Shown: positions 1 to 11,333 of the stretch, in pieces | How positions within the stretch are numbered: position 1 is the first letter of the stretch | Layout of the letters: each line of letters opens with the position of its first letter | Assembly (NCBI GenBank): GCA_965649765.1 | Contig: OZ287761.1 | Coordinates: 15,624,001 to 15,688,000, forward strand | Origin: Bispira polyomma | Taxonomy: Eukaryota | Direction: 5' to 3' | DNA: 64,000 nucleotides | Notes under the pieces: generated by a model | The model's database searches: none | Seen by the model: only the letters and a program-made list of their open reading frames with translations | What the model was told of the DNA's origin: nothing | Position numbers and translations under genes: made by a program

Positions 1-1530
1 TTTACACTGATAATGATTAGACAGCATACTGTACTTTGAGTAAAATCCTGTTACATCTCCTCTAGTTGGTGTGAACAGCTTGTTCAAATCCAGCTTACAG
101 TATTGTTTCTCCAAGTCCCCAACTTCATACACCTCCGATTTCACAATTAACTTGTCATCTTTGAGATATATTCCCCCTGTATCTTTATTTTCCTGTTCAA
201 ACCAGCTTTTACTGCCTCCATCACCGGGAACAACTTCCTTCTTGCCTGTGCAATTTCCAATGGTAAATCTTCCACAGTTGTTATGCCGTGTTGATTACTT
301 ATCTCCCTTTTTATCCTCAGGATGCTCAGTTTGTCCTTAAAATTTGCTAATCTTGCTATAACAGCCCGATTCTTCTGGTCTGGTCTACCTCCTAATCTGT
401 GAATTCTTTCAAAAGATCGCCAGTCCAGTCTTTGAGGCCCCTTGAGAAACTTGTTCCAAATATCCAACATTTTCTGCTCTAAATTTTCATCTCTCTCTTC
501 AGCTACACCCAGAAATCTGATATTATTTTTCCTTTAAAACAGTTCTAACTTATTAACTTGATCGTGAAGCTTCTTATTTTCCTCTTTCAACTGTGTAATT
601 TCTTCTATGTTCTTTGTTTTTGTCTGACAAAAGTCTTTTTTTAAGGATTCAAGATTGCTCTGAACAGGTTTTATATGCTCATTTAACTTCTCATCCAATA
701 CTTCTCTTAAAATATCCTTGAAATTTTCATTTTGATTTAATAATCCTTCAGGTGAAAATAACATATATGTGTGTAGGCGTTTTGGGGTACAAGGTGTAGC
801 CATTTTAATAACCAATCATTTTAATAACCAAACACTATATTTTGCTTTTTTTCTGCACTACACTTCAATGACCTAATTCTTTGACAGTTCTAAAAAAGAC
901 TATTTGGCTGTACTGGGTCTTCCGCTATTGTTCATAGAAATCACAACATGTCATTCATTACCCTGCCTTCCCAAAACACTATAACTTGTTTCTCTGCAGT
1001 GCACTCCAATGACCTAATACTTTGACAGTTCTCTGTGCTGAATGTTTCTTCTGCAGTTTATATTATTCACAACATCTCATTAAATAGCTTGTCCAGTCTC
1101 CACACTTTGGTTAGCCCTATGTATCTTTGCACACTTGATTTAATTAATCTATTATTATTACTTATAAGGCTTGATTTACTACTTGTGTATATCCTTTTTC
1201 ACCAGTATTAAACTTTCTATCTTTTAAAATATTTATTTTTTCCTTATTATTCTAAGACATATTCAACTATCCATTTATGTCATTAAAGCCTCTGGAATTT
1301 AATCTTCCATATTATATAAAATTCATGTCTCTTATATGCCTGTTAACACCTTAAAACTTTAACTTTTTAACTGAGAAACAAAACCATGTCTCTCCCTCTG
1401 AGGGAGAAAATTGTATCCAAGTCCATCAGTTACTGAAGAGAGAGGTTTGAGGATGACCATTTATTAACTTCCTCAAGGATCTTTAACCTGCTACTGGAGA
1501 TAGTACTCAGTGACAGAGGACCGCCATTTT
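1..1530 (-). mobile_element. Decayed LINE 5' end: 5' UTR and ORF1 (coiled coil plus L1-type RRM), truncated by the window edge
   Basis: ORFs 815-534 and 470-147 are one frame split by a single TAA: ...LKEENKKLHDQVNKLELF*RKNNIRFLGVAE...FERIHRLG...RAVIARL...EDLP..IAQARRKL. These are L1 ORF1/Transposase_22-like motifs. A YY1-like AAAATGGCGG at 1530-1521 marks a plausible 5' end. Confidence 0.75.
147..815 (-). pseudogene. LINE ORF1p-like pseudogene
   Basis: In-frame stop at 536-534 just before the RKNNIRFLG motif. Confidence 0.75.
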
Positions 1531-1532
1531 AA

Positions 1533-2005
1533 GGTTGTTCGCTTACCATTTTTTTGAAATTACAGATTTTCAAAAAAAAAATTTATGAAAAGCTTGATTA
1601 ATGTGTTAAACAAAAATGTCAAAAAAACTATATCACACCAGGCTCTTTCGAAAAGGTACTTTAGAGAAATTTCAACCCACAGAATTTAATTTTTTCTTCT
1701 CACCAGTTGTGGTATAGTACAAACTATATTTAAATATGCGAAAAAAAAAACAGGGGGTCACTGCGCATAATTTTTTAATCTCAGTTTGTTTAGAATTTTT
1801 AGGGCCCAAAACCTTCTGTTTCTATTGAAATATAGGAAACATCTCGAATTTTTTTGAGGATAAACATTATATTTATAGCAGAGTGGTTTATAAAAGGACA
1901 AAGTTACCCTTCCCAATGGACAATTTAACAAGGCACATTTTCTACAATTTTCATGAAAATATATTGAAATTAATTTTTTAGGGAAAAAAATGGTACCAAA
2001 CAACC
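1533..2005. mobile_element. Non-autonomous DNA transposon, Kolobok-like
   Basis: TIRs GGTTGTTCGCTTACCATTTTTTT / AAAAAAATGGTACCAAACAACC; flanked by TTAA (1529-1532) and TCAA (2006-2009). Confidence 0.6.
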
Positions 2006-2199
2006 TCAAGTGGACATACGAGCCACTAGACAAAAGTGTTTACACATCTTGCTTAAGGATGTTATCCCACCAATGAAAATAGCCGCCTGGACTGGGAATG
2101 GAACCCAGGACCTTCTGATCATCAGACCAACTTCCTAACCACTAGGTCACAAGGGACCACATAGATATGGAATATTTTAAACATTTAGTATTGTGAATT

Positions 2200-2522
2200 A
2201 TACAGAAGTAGTCTCTCTCTATAGAGGTGGTCTCTCTAGAGAGGTGGTCTCTCTCTATAGAGTTGGTCTCTCTATAGAGGTGGTCTCTCTCTACAGAAGT
2301 GTCTCTCTATACAGGTGGTCTCTCTCTACAGAGGTGGTCTCTCTCTACAGAGGTGATGTCTCTCTACAGATGTGGTCTCTCTGTACAGGTGGTCTCTCTA
2401 TAGAGGTAGTCTATCTACAGAGGTGGTCTCTCTATACAAGTGGTCTCTTTACAGAGGTGGTCTCTTGCTATAGAGGTGGTCTCTCTCTCTATAGAGGTGG
2501 TTCCTTAAGCCGGTTTGACTAT
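2200..2522. repeat. About 22-bp tandem repeat (AGAGGTGGTCTCTCTMTAC) inside a Tc1/pogo-like MITE remnant
   Basis: About 13 degenerate units, ending in GTGGTTCCTTAAGCCGGTTTGACTATA, which resembles a pogo/Tigger-type TIR. Confidence 0.75.
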
Positions 2523-3044
2523 AGTCAGTATTTAAAACTTGTTTATCCTAATTAAAAACTATACCAAATGTCAGAAGGACAACCATCCCTCCTTAATAAA
2601 AGATAAGTTAATCAGATCATCATCGAAATGTAAAGCTTCCTATGTGTTAAAATACTGATCAAACATTATTTAAAACAAAATATAGAGACATATCACATGA
2701 CATCAGTGCAGTGTGTGATTTTACTGCCGTCCCAATTGCCCGCTGTCACTATCTTCTGGTGTGATCTAGTAAGTTTAAAAACTTAAAAGTCCACTTGCAA
2801 GTAACTTTTTCGAGTAAAATATTTTTATATGTGTCTTTGAGATTTTGCTCTGTTTATCTTCTTCGTTTAGCAAGGTAATAAGCAATTGATTCTGTGATAG
2901 GTGTCAAACACAAACTTTAAAAAAAAAGTTGAGTAATTTTTTCCATGGGCCAGTAATTTTTCAAGGTTACTGGACCTATGGTCTACATTTTTTGCTGCGG
3001 AATATCTTGCACGGCATAGGTGTAATATTGGTGAAATCTCTTAC

Positions 3045-3149
3045 CTCATTTGTCGCCCCAGTTGCCATATCCGTTAATTCTTCATCAAACTTTTCCGATC
3101 CTCTGCTTTCAGGTTCACTTTCAGGAGCAATTTGTATACTGGACATCAT
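3045..3149 (-). CDS. Possible coding exon of an unidentified neighbouring gene
   Basis: MMSSIQIAPESEPESRGSEKFDEELTDMATGATNE ends GAG|gtaaga (strong donor); acidic, protein-like composition; no recognised domain. Confidence 0.3.
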
Positions 3150-4346
3150 ATACCTTAGTGAATCACACCTTAAAGATAACAAAACTTATTGTCAAAGTCC
3201 ATTTAATTCGTGATAACGTCGAAATTAATTGGTGTTTTTTTTGTGCATAGTGATAAAAACAGAAAAAAGCCAATAACAAAGCAAATTGATACATAATTAG
3301 TCAACAATTGAATGTTATTTAGTACATATTAAGTACAAAAAAAGTATAGTGGTATGTGAATGACATCTTTTCTTAGTAGTTAAAACCAAAGAGTCTGCAC
3401 AAATGAAGTTTTATCCTCCTAAATTTATGCTTTTCCATTGTTTTATACAGAAATGCCTCTTCTATTTTATGAACAATATATTGTCCAAACAAAATCTTGC
3501 ATTTCTCCCGACATGTTTGGATAATAGAGGTTCTACCGTGCTTAAATGGCTAAATGGTCTCATATTTGCTGTAACAAGTCATTTCAAATGCAAGGAGTAT
3601 GTTATTATTGTATTATGGGGGTTCAGTGGCTTTAAAACCAAATCTGTAATGAAACTGACTGTTGGTCTGTCTAGTTTAATATACAAAATTGAAAATACAG
3701 TTGAACTCTGTTAAGTCGATTCTGAAGGGACCATACAAATTTGTTGTACTTAACAGGAATTCTACTCGACAAGGTAAAGTTTAATTAGAAATTTAGCAAT
3801 TTGACCTTAAACTAATCTCCACTTAACAGGTAATTAACCTCGCCCTTTTTAACCTCGCCCTTTAGGAGAGGTTATTGTTTTCGGTTCGTGTGTGGGTGTG
3901 TGTATAAACCATAATTACACAAAATACTGTACTGTATCAAATCCAATAAAATTTACAGATCTGTTTCAAAATTGGGACCTCTACATTTGTGCCAAATTTC
4001 ATACCAATCGGGTGTGAACTGTAGCTTTAAGATGAGATTACCTTTTTTATATACAAAACTATCACTGAAGATCTGTTTCCTTCCGCGCCATATATAAGAA
4101 ACGAAGACAGCGTTCGGCAAACCGAAGCTACTCCAAGATCGGGGATCATTTGCATATATCGAACACCGAAGACACCGCTCGGGGATGTATGACCTATTTA
4201 TTTTCAGCGAAGACAGCGTTCGGCAAACTGAACCTACACTGAATCCAAGATCAGGGATGTATACGAAATATGGTGACGTCTTCATTACGTCATCAACGCA
4301 CTATTTTTGATTATGACGTCACAATCTTCTGGCTGATATACTCCAT

Positions 4347-5087
4347 GTCGCATCGGTGTGTAGATCATGTTTTGTTGGCCTCCGTGATTTCAGGTGGATT
4401 CGATGCTATCTTTCAAAATCCACTGCAATCACTGTTGCCAATGCTTTGGTCAGCAGCAGGCTTGATTACTGCAACTCTCTGTTTCGTTCCTTATCTCGTA
4501 GTGATCTCAGACGCCTTCAGAATATCCAACACTCATTGGCATGTATTGTGACCAAAACATCTAAATTTTTCCACATTACTCCTGTACTCAAGTCACTGCA
4601 CTGGCTCCCAATAAAATATCGTGTTGCTTTCAAAACAGCAACAATAATATATAAATTTCTAAATTCTAGATTACCCACTTATTTTAGCCCCCATCTATCC
4701 AAATATACATGCTCAGTCAGGACTAGGCGCAGTAACCCTGATAAATTATACCTTAACATTCCCACTTTCGACCCTCGCATCCACAAATCCAAAGTTCAGT
4801 TCAATTACTGCCTAGCTCATGATGGCCCCCTCATTGGAACAGCCTACCTGATCATGTTCGCCTGGCTCAAACTTTCTCCTCTTTCAGGAGTAAGCTGAAG
4901 GCCTATCTTTTTGAACAGGCTTTTCCACCTTAGCCGTCGCAACCATCTACGGTAGTCTCCCTGGTTACGACTTCCATCCGCCCACTATTTTTGATTTGCT
5001 ATTAACGTTTTGGGTTTGTTGCGCCTTAGAATTTGTTGTACAAAGATTAAGCGCTATAAAAGTACGACTAGATTAGATTAGATTAGA
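4347..5087 (+). mobile_element. 5'-truncated L2/CR1-group LINE (RT C-terminus, 3' UTR, (ATTAG)n tail)
   Basis: ALVSSRLDYCNSL...HITPVLKSLHWLPIKYRVAFK motif; tail GACTAGATTAGATTAGATTAGA; TCCAT on both sides (4342-4346 and 5088-5092). Confidence 0.9.
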
Positions 5088-5197
5088 TCCATATATTAAA
5101 TTGGGATGTACACTACCTTTAGTGCTAGTTTGTGACGTCATATTGGGGTTAATATGTGGAGTATATCACCCAGAAACGGCTCATTTTATTGCATGTA

Positions 5198-5351
5198 AGG
5201 TGTACTTTACTTTAAAATATGAAGTTCGGGTTATTATGTTGATTATATACCCCTTTTTTTGTTAGATTTCTCTTCCTAAAATTAAATAGAAATGGTGTGT
5301 TTATTCAACACAATAACCCTAACTTCATATTTAAAAGTAAAGTACACCTTA
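5198..5351. mobile_element. Small foldback/MITE with about 50-bp inverted arms
   Basis: AAGGTGTACTTTACTTTAAAATATGAAGTTCGGGTTATT is near-complementary to AATAACCCTAACTTCATATTTAAAAGTAAAGTACACCTT. Confidence 0.6.
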
Positions 5352-5976
5352 CTCCATATATTAACCCCAATCGCCAATTTGCGAGTTCGTGATAAAAATT
5401 CCGGGCGAGGTTTTGCAGTCTCTGACTGCTATCTTGTTCTACTTGTTTTGAGTTCTACTTAAAATGGATATATTTTTAATCAGTCATGTTTTTGGTACGT
5501 GTAACATGTACAGATGAATTTTATGAAAACAGGACATTAGAGTGCTTAGATTATATGTTATACAGTAAAATTGTTGTAAATTTGATTATCCGAATATGTT
5601 GGGAGACCAAGCTTGAGTTTGGATAATAGAGGGTTCATCAAATACAAGAGGCCCTTGTGCACAAATTAATAGGAAAGCATAATTTTGGTGGGAATGATTT
5701 TATAAAATTAAATATTCAGATATTAGAAGATTGAATAATACAGGTTTTACTGTAATTATGCATTGCAAACACAGATGTATGTATAACAAACAAACACCAA
5801 AGAAATATATGAGGAGTGCAAATATTGACTGGTCCATGTGACCTGTATAGATTACTTATCTATATAGCACATGAAGACAGGGTATTAGTAACGTAAACAC
5901 ACAAAAGTGTTGCTGATAATAAATCCTACTTTGGTGAAAGTTTAATTGTTGTCAAATATTTAACTGCAGCTTCCTT

Positions 5977-6065
5977 AAAGGTCAACATTTGACATCGACT
6001 CTTTTGAAGGTCAACATTTAACACTGGCTCCTGTAAAGGTCAACATTTAACACAAAATGAGGTCA
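5977..6065 (+). promoter_or_regulatory. Tandem NBRE-like array (AAAGGTCA x2, GAAGGTCA, TGAGGTCA)
   Basis: AAAGGTCA at 5977 and 6035, GAAGGTCA at 6006 (29-bp period), TGAGGTCA at 6058. Confidence 0.4.
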
Positions 6066-6666
6066 AATTTCCGTACATTGCCTGAATAGGGGAAATCCTT
6101 TTTAGTCATCAAGTTGTCGCTCATAATAAGCTATATCATTTCTTATACTATCATTTTTGGAGTGTAAGGGATTTTAATTTTAATTCTATTCATGAGATGA
6201 TCAAAAAATACATTGGTACCTGTCTAGTCTTAATCTGAAGGGACCATAAAAATTATTCTATTTGACAGAAATCCTACTCAACAAGATCAATTCTAAATTA
6301 AACAATATAACAATAGGACCTCAAGAAAATTATACTTAACAATAAATTCCACTTATCAGCATTCTACTAAAAGTGGTTTGACTGTACATGCATTTGTATA
6401 TCCTATGTTATTTGATGATAAAAAACAAATTTAGTTACAGAGTATTTTCATGTTTTATATTTCCAGTATGGGCTACCTCAAAATAGTTAACACATAATTA
6501 TAATGAACATCTTGGCTAGGTCCAGTGCCAGTGTGCACTATAGGAGGTTTTACAGTATTAGAAATATTAATTCTATGCACGTATGCCTCTACTAAATACA
6601 ATAAAAAAAATATAACTAAACATGATATATAAAAATAATTATCATATTAGAACATCATTTATTTTT

Positions 6667-6912
6667 AGTGTAAATAATCTAAAATTGGCCACCGTATCTG
6701 AAATTCACTACCTAAAAATGTTGTGTTTTTTGTAGAATTGTAGGTAATATTGGCTGAAATTAAGATTTTTATGACTATTTTGCCCTTACTTACCTAACTT
6801 CCAGTTATTTTTAGCCAATTTTTATTGATTGGGCTTAAATTTAAGGGATGGCGAATTTTAGATACAGTGGCAAATTTTAGATACAGTGGCAAATTTTAGA
6901 TTCCTTACTCTA
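6667..6912. mobile_element. MITE family A copy (TIR TAGAGTAAGGAATCTAAAATTT...)
   Basis: Homologous to 10101-10320, 18026-18263 and 19775-20020. Confidence 0.65.
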
Positions 6913-8506
6913 ATCAGTACTACACACATACGATTATGTCTAGTTTCTATTAACTTCCTTGTGTTTAAAGTCAGGTATGTAAAGAACAATTAAACCAACT
7001 TATACCAGGGCGTATCCCCTGCTTTTGTTATTTGAAAAGATACTTGATTTTAGGGGTGGCGACTTTCAGATACAGTGGCAAATTTGATATTTTTTACTCT
7101 ACGTCACATTCACTAGTTCCAACTGCAATAAAATATTCACAGTCAAATATTTTATATAATTTTCTACTTTCCACATTTATTATTTATTTCATCATTGTTT
7201 TTGAAAAAAGGGGTGTCTTCTCTAACTAATTTTTATTTAAATTTAATAATCATGAAATAAATTAATTTTTTCTGTCATAAATCTTTTAAATTATTACCGT
7301 ACCCTGAATATTTTGCTTCCTATTACATTCCAGATAAACTATTATTATTTCTTTAAACAAGTGCTGTTAAAAAGGTTTTGTTTTCTATTAATAGCATTTG
7401 AATTAAATTTATCTTTTTAATTTTTAATCCTTAAAATTATTACCTTACCTTGATATTGTGTGCTCCCTTTTTTACATTCTAGTTGATCCAAACTCCTGAT
7501 GGACACAAATAACTTATCCTCCGATGACTCTTCTTTATACAAAGTATGTGATCCAATGAAATTATTGACTTAGTGTCACTGTAATTAAGTCCTTCAAATA
7601 GTCACCAAGAAGGTTCAACTTTGTCAGAATTAAAAACATACATCAGAACACTTATCTGATAACGTAGCAAAAAAAAACCACTGCTGTTGTTGGTAGAGAG
7701 ATTCATGTGTATTAGAAAAGGTGATTTAGTTTTCAATTTGAGTTAAGTTTCCAATTATTGTTAGAGACGTCGTCACACTGACAGAATTTCCATCACTTTT
7801 TATCTCTATATTAACTTTGATACCCCTTATTGCATTTACAATAAAAAATAAAATTGTACATGGTGATTGCTAAGATAGAGTATTTAAATTAAAATATCAA
7901 AAAAAAAATTGAAACCTTAACTGTATGTGTTTATTTATATACACATGTGAAGGGTATTACCACATTAACAGCTAACTTTATTACCATATTCTATCACAAT
8001 AATTAACACTGGCACTTATTTTTAAAAAATGAAAGGCATTGGAATTTTTTTAAGTAGAGATGTAAATGTCAAAAGCATTGGTTTAAATATGTACCTGTTT
8101 TAATGGTATTATATTAATAATGAAGTTACTCTGAAATTTGCATTTCTACCTCTGCAATTTCTCCACAATTTACATTTCATGCACGGTTATGTCTTCACCA
8201 CGAGGAACATGCCTGCCAGTCGTCTAAAATATCCTGTCAGTGCGCAGTATGGACACTTGTTAAACTGGATCGTCGTGTGGTCCTGTGTGTGTTTTTATCT
8301 TAGTACCCTCATCTGGTCAGCGCCAGTAAAAGTAGAGTTGTCGGTTATCTTGTTGGACCATTGAGAGTCAGTGTTCGGCTCTAACAGACACTGTTGAGTT
8401 GAGGGGGTCGGCTTGGAGGCACATGTGACCAGAAACAGCATCAGTGACAAGACCAAGACACAGATCAAGTCTAAGTTGTATTTTTGTGTAGGACTTACGT
8501 CTAATG

Positions 8507-8631
8507 TAGAAATAAAGTTCAAGGGTGAGTACTTTATTGGCGAATCAAGGACTGACTTACGGCGGAATAATTATGCCGGAAGGCTGTCCTTGATTCGCCA
8601 ATAAAGTACAAGCCCATGTACTTTATTTCTA
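8507..8631. repeat. Long imperfect palindrome / hairpin (about 57-bp arms)
   Basis: TAGAAATAAAGT..GTACTTTATTGGCGAATCAAGGAC..CGGC [loop] GCCG..GTCCTTGATTCGCCAATAAAGTAC..ACTTTATTTCTA. Confidence 0.85.
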
Positions 8632-9656
8632 TTATAAAGAATGGCAACAGTATATTTTTGAGCAAATACTAAGACATTTTCCAACTTACTGTGGACTATT
8701 TTTGTAGCTACTGATGGAACTATTTATCCCTGATCTATTCTCCCAGATAAAGTACGGTTACGAATTGCGCACTGACGGCTTTTGTGTTGTATGCGCACTT
8801 CCGGTCTTTATAATGTCTTAAAGTAAACCGTTGCCCCCTACCATAAGCTGTTATTGTAACAAGTTAAGGTGCCATACTATTCGGCACAGTAAAGGTAGGG
8901 CCACACTTTAGCTAGTCAGTGGAGGGGCCTGCAATAGAAATTCCAACTGCAGCTGCATTGCTCGGCCATAGCAGTAGTCTTTTGTTTACATAGAATTGCT
9001 TGTGTTTGTTGGAAACGTCAACACCAAACCAAAACACACAGTAACTTTACATTATATACAATCTGTAATTTTATCAGTGACCTATTTATTTTAACGTGTA
9101 CAACATTTACATTTTAATATTTTAACTTACACTCCATTGCATATAAATATCTATTTTAATTACAACCTAGCAGAAAAGGCTTACATTTGTTATTTAGTTA
9201 GCACCAAATTCTAGTTATTATGTACCATATAGTTTACATGTCAGGGTGTTCTCATGTTAACCAGTTAACACTAAGTTATAGTTATAATATAATTTTTTTT
9301 TCATTTTACATGTCAAACAATGGCATTTAGTTACCCTGTTTGGCCAGAACAGGCCTTCAACCTGCCAGATAAACAAGTCAGCTTTACTGCAAAACCAGAT
9401 TGACCAGTACAGGCTCTAATGGGTTCAATTAATCACGTGGGTCATCACATCTGCCCCCACATTCCTTGTGCCAGTACAGGCTATTAACCATTACTGCGTA
9501 GATTTCAATAACATATATGTATATATAGTATGTAAATAACAACCGTGCATCATCACAATGCATTTTAATAAGAACAACCTAATGTCAGGCTGTGCCGTAA
9601 TGCCAGCGTATGTTTTACCTTGGAATGCATGGCGTCATGGCACCCCAACCTAAGTA

Positions 9657-9842
9657 CAGTAGAACCTCTAATATCCGACCATATTGGGAGAGTGAGAATT
9701 TGTTTGGATAATAGAAGATCCATAAAATAGAAGGGGCATTTTAGTATAAAACAATAGCAAAAAAAAAGTTTGGGAGAATGAAATTGAGTCCGTAAAATTG
9801 AATAGTCGGATAATAGAGGGTCGGATAATAGAGGTTCTACTG
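9657..9842. mobile_element. Tc1/mariner (pogo/Tigger-like) MITE, family B
   Basis: TA|CAGTAGAACCTCTAATATCCGACC ... GGTCGGATAATAGAGGTTCTACTG|TA; relatives at about 3420-3540, 5563-5752, 10952-11088 and 22120-22300. Confidence 0.85.
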
Positions 9843-10100
9843 TAACTTTAAAAATTTTGATATCTACACTAATATGCATATCAAATATATAACCAAAAGA
9901 AAAGTAGATTAATGTGTTTGTAGGGGTTGGGGAATGACATAAGCAATCGCATTGCTATGAAATTTACATTTCATGAGATAATTTTTTTCCATTGCTTCTA
10001 TTTGAACATCAATTGTCATTTGTTCACAAATTAGATATAATTAGTACATACATAAAAGTATATCTTAGTTGTATTTACTTCCTTGTATTTTTTTGTTAGG

Positions 10101-10320
10101 TAGAGTAAGGAATCTAAAATTTTACACTGTATCTCAAATTCGCCACCTAGATAAGGTTTTTGGTGGAATTGTGGGTAATATTTGCTGAAATTGAGATTTT
10201 TGTGACTATTATGCCCATACCTAAGTTCCAGTTATTTGTAGCCAGTTTTTATTGATTTGGCTTAAATTTAAGGGATGGTGAATTTTAGATACAGTGGCAA
10301 ATTTTCGATTCCTTACTCTA
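10101..10320. mobile_element. MITE family A copy
   Basis: TAGAGTAAGGAATCTAAAATTTTACACTGTATCT...AGATACAGTGGCAAATTTTCGATTCCTTACTCTA terminal inverted repeats. Confidence 0.75.
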
Positions 10321-10951
10321 ATCAGTACTACATACATACGATTATGTCTAGCCTCCATTAACTTCCTTGTGTTTAAAGTTAGGTATATAAAGAACAATTA
10401 AACCAACTTATACCGGGGCGCATCACCTGCTTTTGTTTTTTGAAAAGATACTTAGTCAATGGTCAAGTTTTGAAGGTAAATAAAAGAAAGAGTCAAGCCT
10501 TAAAAACTGACTTTTATATAAAAAAAATTGAAATGTACTATAGGATATCTGTCTATTAAGTGTACAGCAGTAATATTAACCTTAGAATATGTGCAGTAAA
10601 ATGTTGATATTGTAATACCCAATGTTTTTGTCTTTAGTTAAAGCTGTAAACACTTGACAAAAACATTATCACGAATGGCAGGAGTTTCAGTGTTGCGTGT
10701 TAACGTCATATTACTCTTAAGACTATGATGTGGTCTGCTTTTAATAAGAAGCAAACATATTCTGTAGACAAACCTTAAATTGTAAGAAATAGATATTTAC
10801 GTATTACGTACACTTATTGTAAAATGAGTGCAGTCAGTTTTAATATTTTAGGGGCATCTTCAGATCGTTTGTCTGGAGTGTCATGCTTAACAAAAATGTG
10901 ACACCTGGCAATTGTATGTTTTATAAGTATATTTCTTTTGTATATACACAT

Positions 10952-11088
10952 ACAGTGGAACCTCTATTTTACAGACACTTTGGGAGTCAGAATTTATTTT
11001 TTTGGATAAAAGAAGGTCCATAAAAGAAGTGGCATTTTACTACGAAACACAGCAAAAAATACAGATTTGGATAATAGAGGTTCCACTA
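10952..11088. mobile_element. MITE family B copy
   Basis: TACAGTGGAACCTCTATT ... GGATAATAGAGGTTCCACTATA. Confidence 0.7.
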
Positions 11089-11098
11089 TATTTACATA

Positions 11099-11333
11099 CA
11101 GGGGTGGACAGCTTAGTGGATAGTGGACAGCTTAGCGGACAGTAGCTTAAAATGTACACAGTTCATCCATTTAACAAATAATCTGATCCGTTTTGGATGC
11201 AAGTCTGCATTTGCAATGAAATTAGTGGGTTAAGTAGTTTATATTTTACAGATGGTTTTTGTAATGAAAGAAATTTTATGTTTTAAGTTACTGTCCGCTA
11301 TCGCTGTCCCGTCCGCTAAGCTGTCCACCCCTG
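11099..11333. mobile_element. Tc1/mariner-type MITE with TA target duplication
   Basis: TA|CAGGGGTGGACAGCTTAG...CGGACAGTAGCTTAAAA ... TTTTAAGTTACTGTCCGCTA...CTAAGCTGTCCACCCCTG|TA; about 50-bp TIRs. Confidence 0.88.

Larger units (their letters stand above)
3846..5438 (+). mobile_element. Helentron-associated non-autonomous element (HINE/DINE-1-like) carrying nested insertions
   Basis: 5' T-run, subTIR AACCTCGCCC with nearby inverted copy GGAGAGGTT, then a GT microsatellite; 3' subTIR GGGCGAGGTT (5403-5412) followed by hairpin GCAGTC-TCT-GACTGC and a T-rich end. Confidence 0.65.

Noticed and set aside
2193-2555. 120-aa ORF with EVVSLYRGGLS repeats
   Set aside because: Translation of a 22-bp tandem repeat within a MITE remnant.
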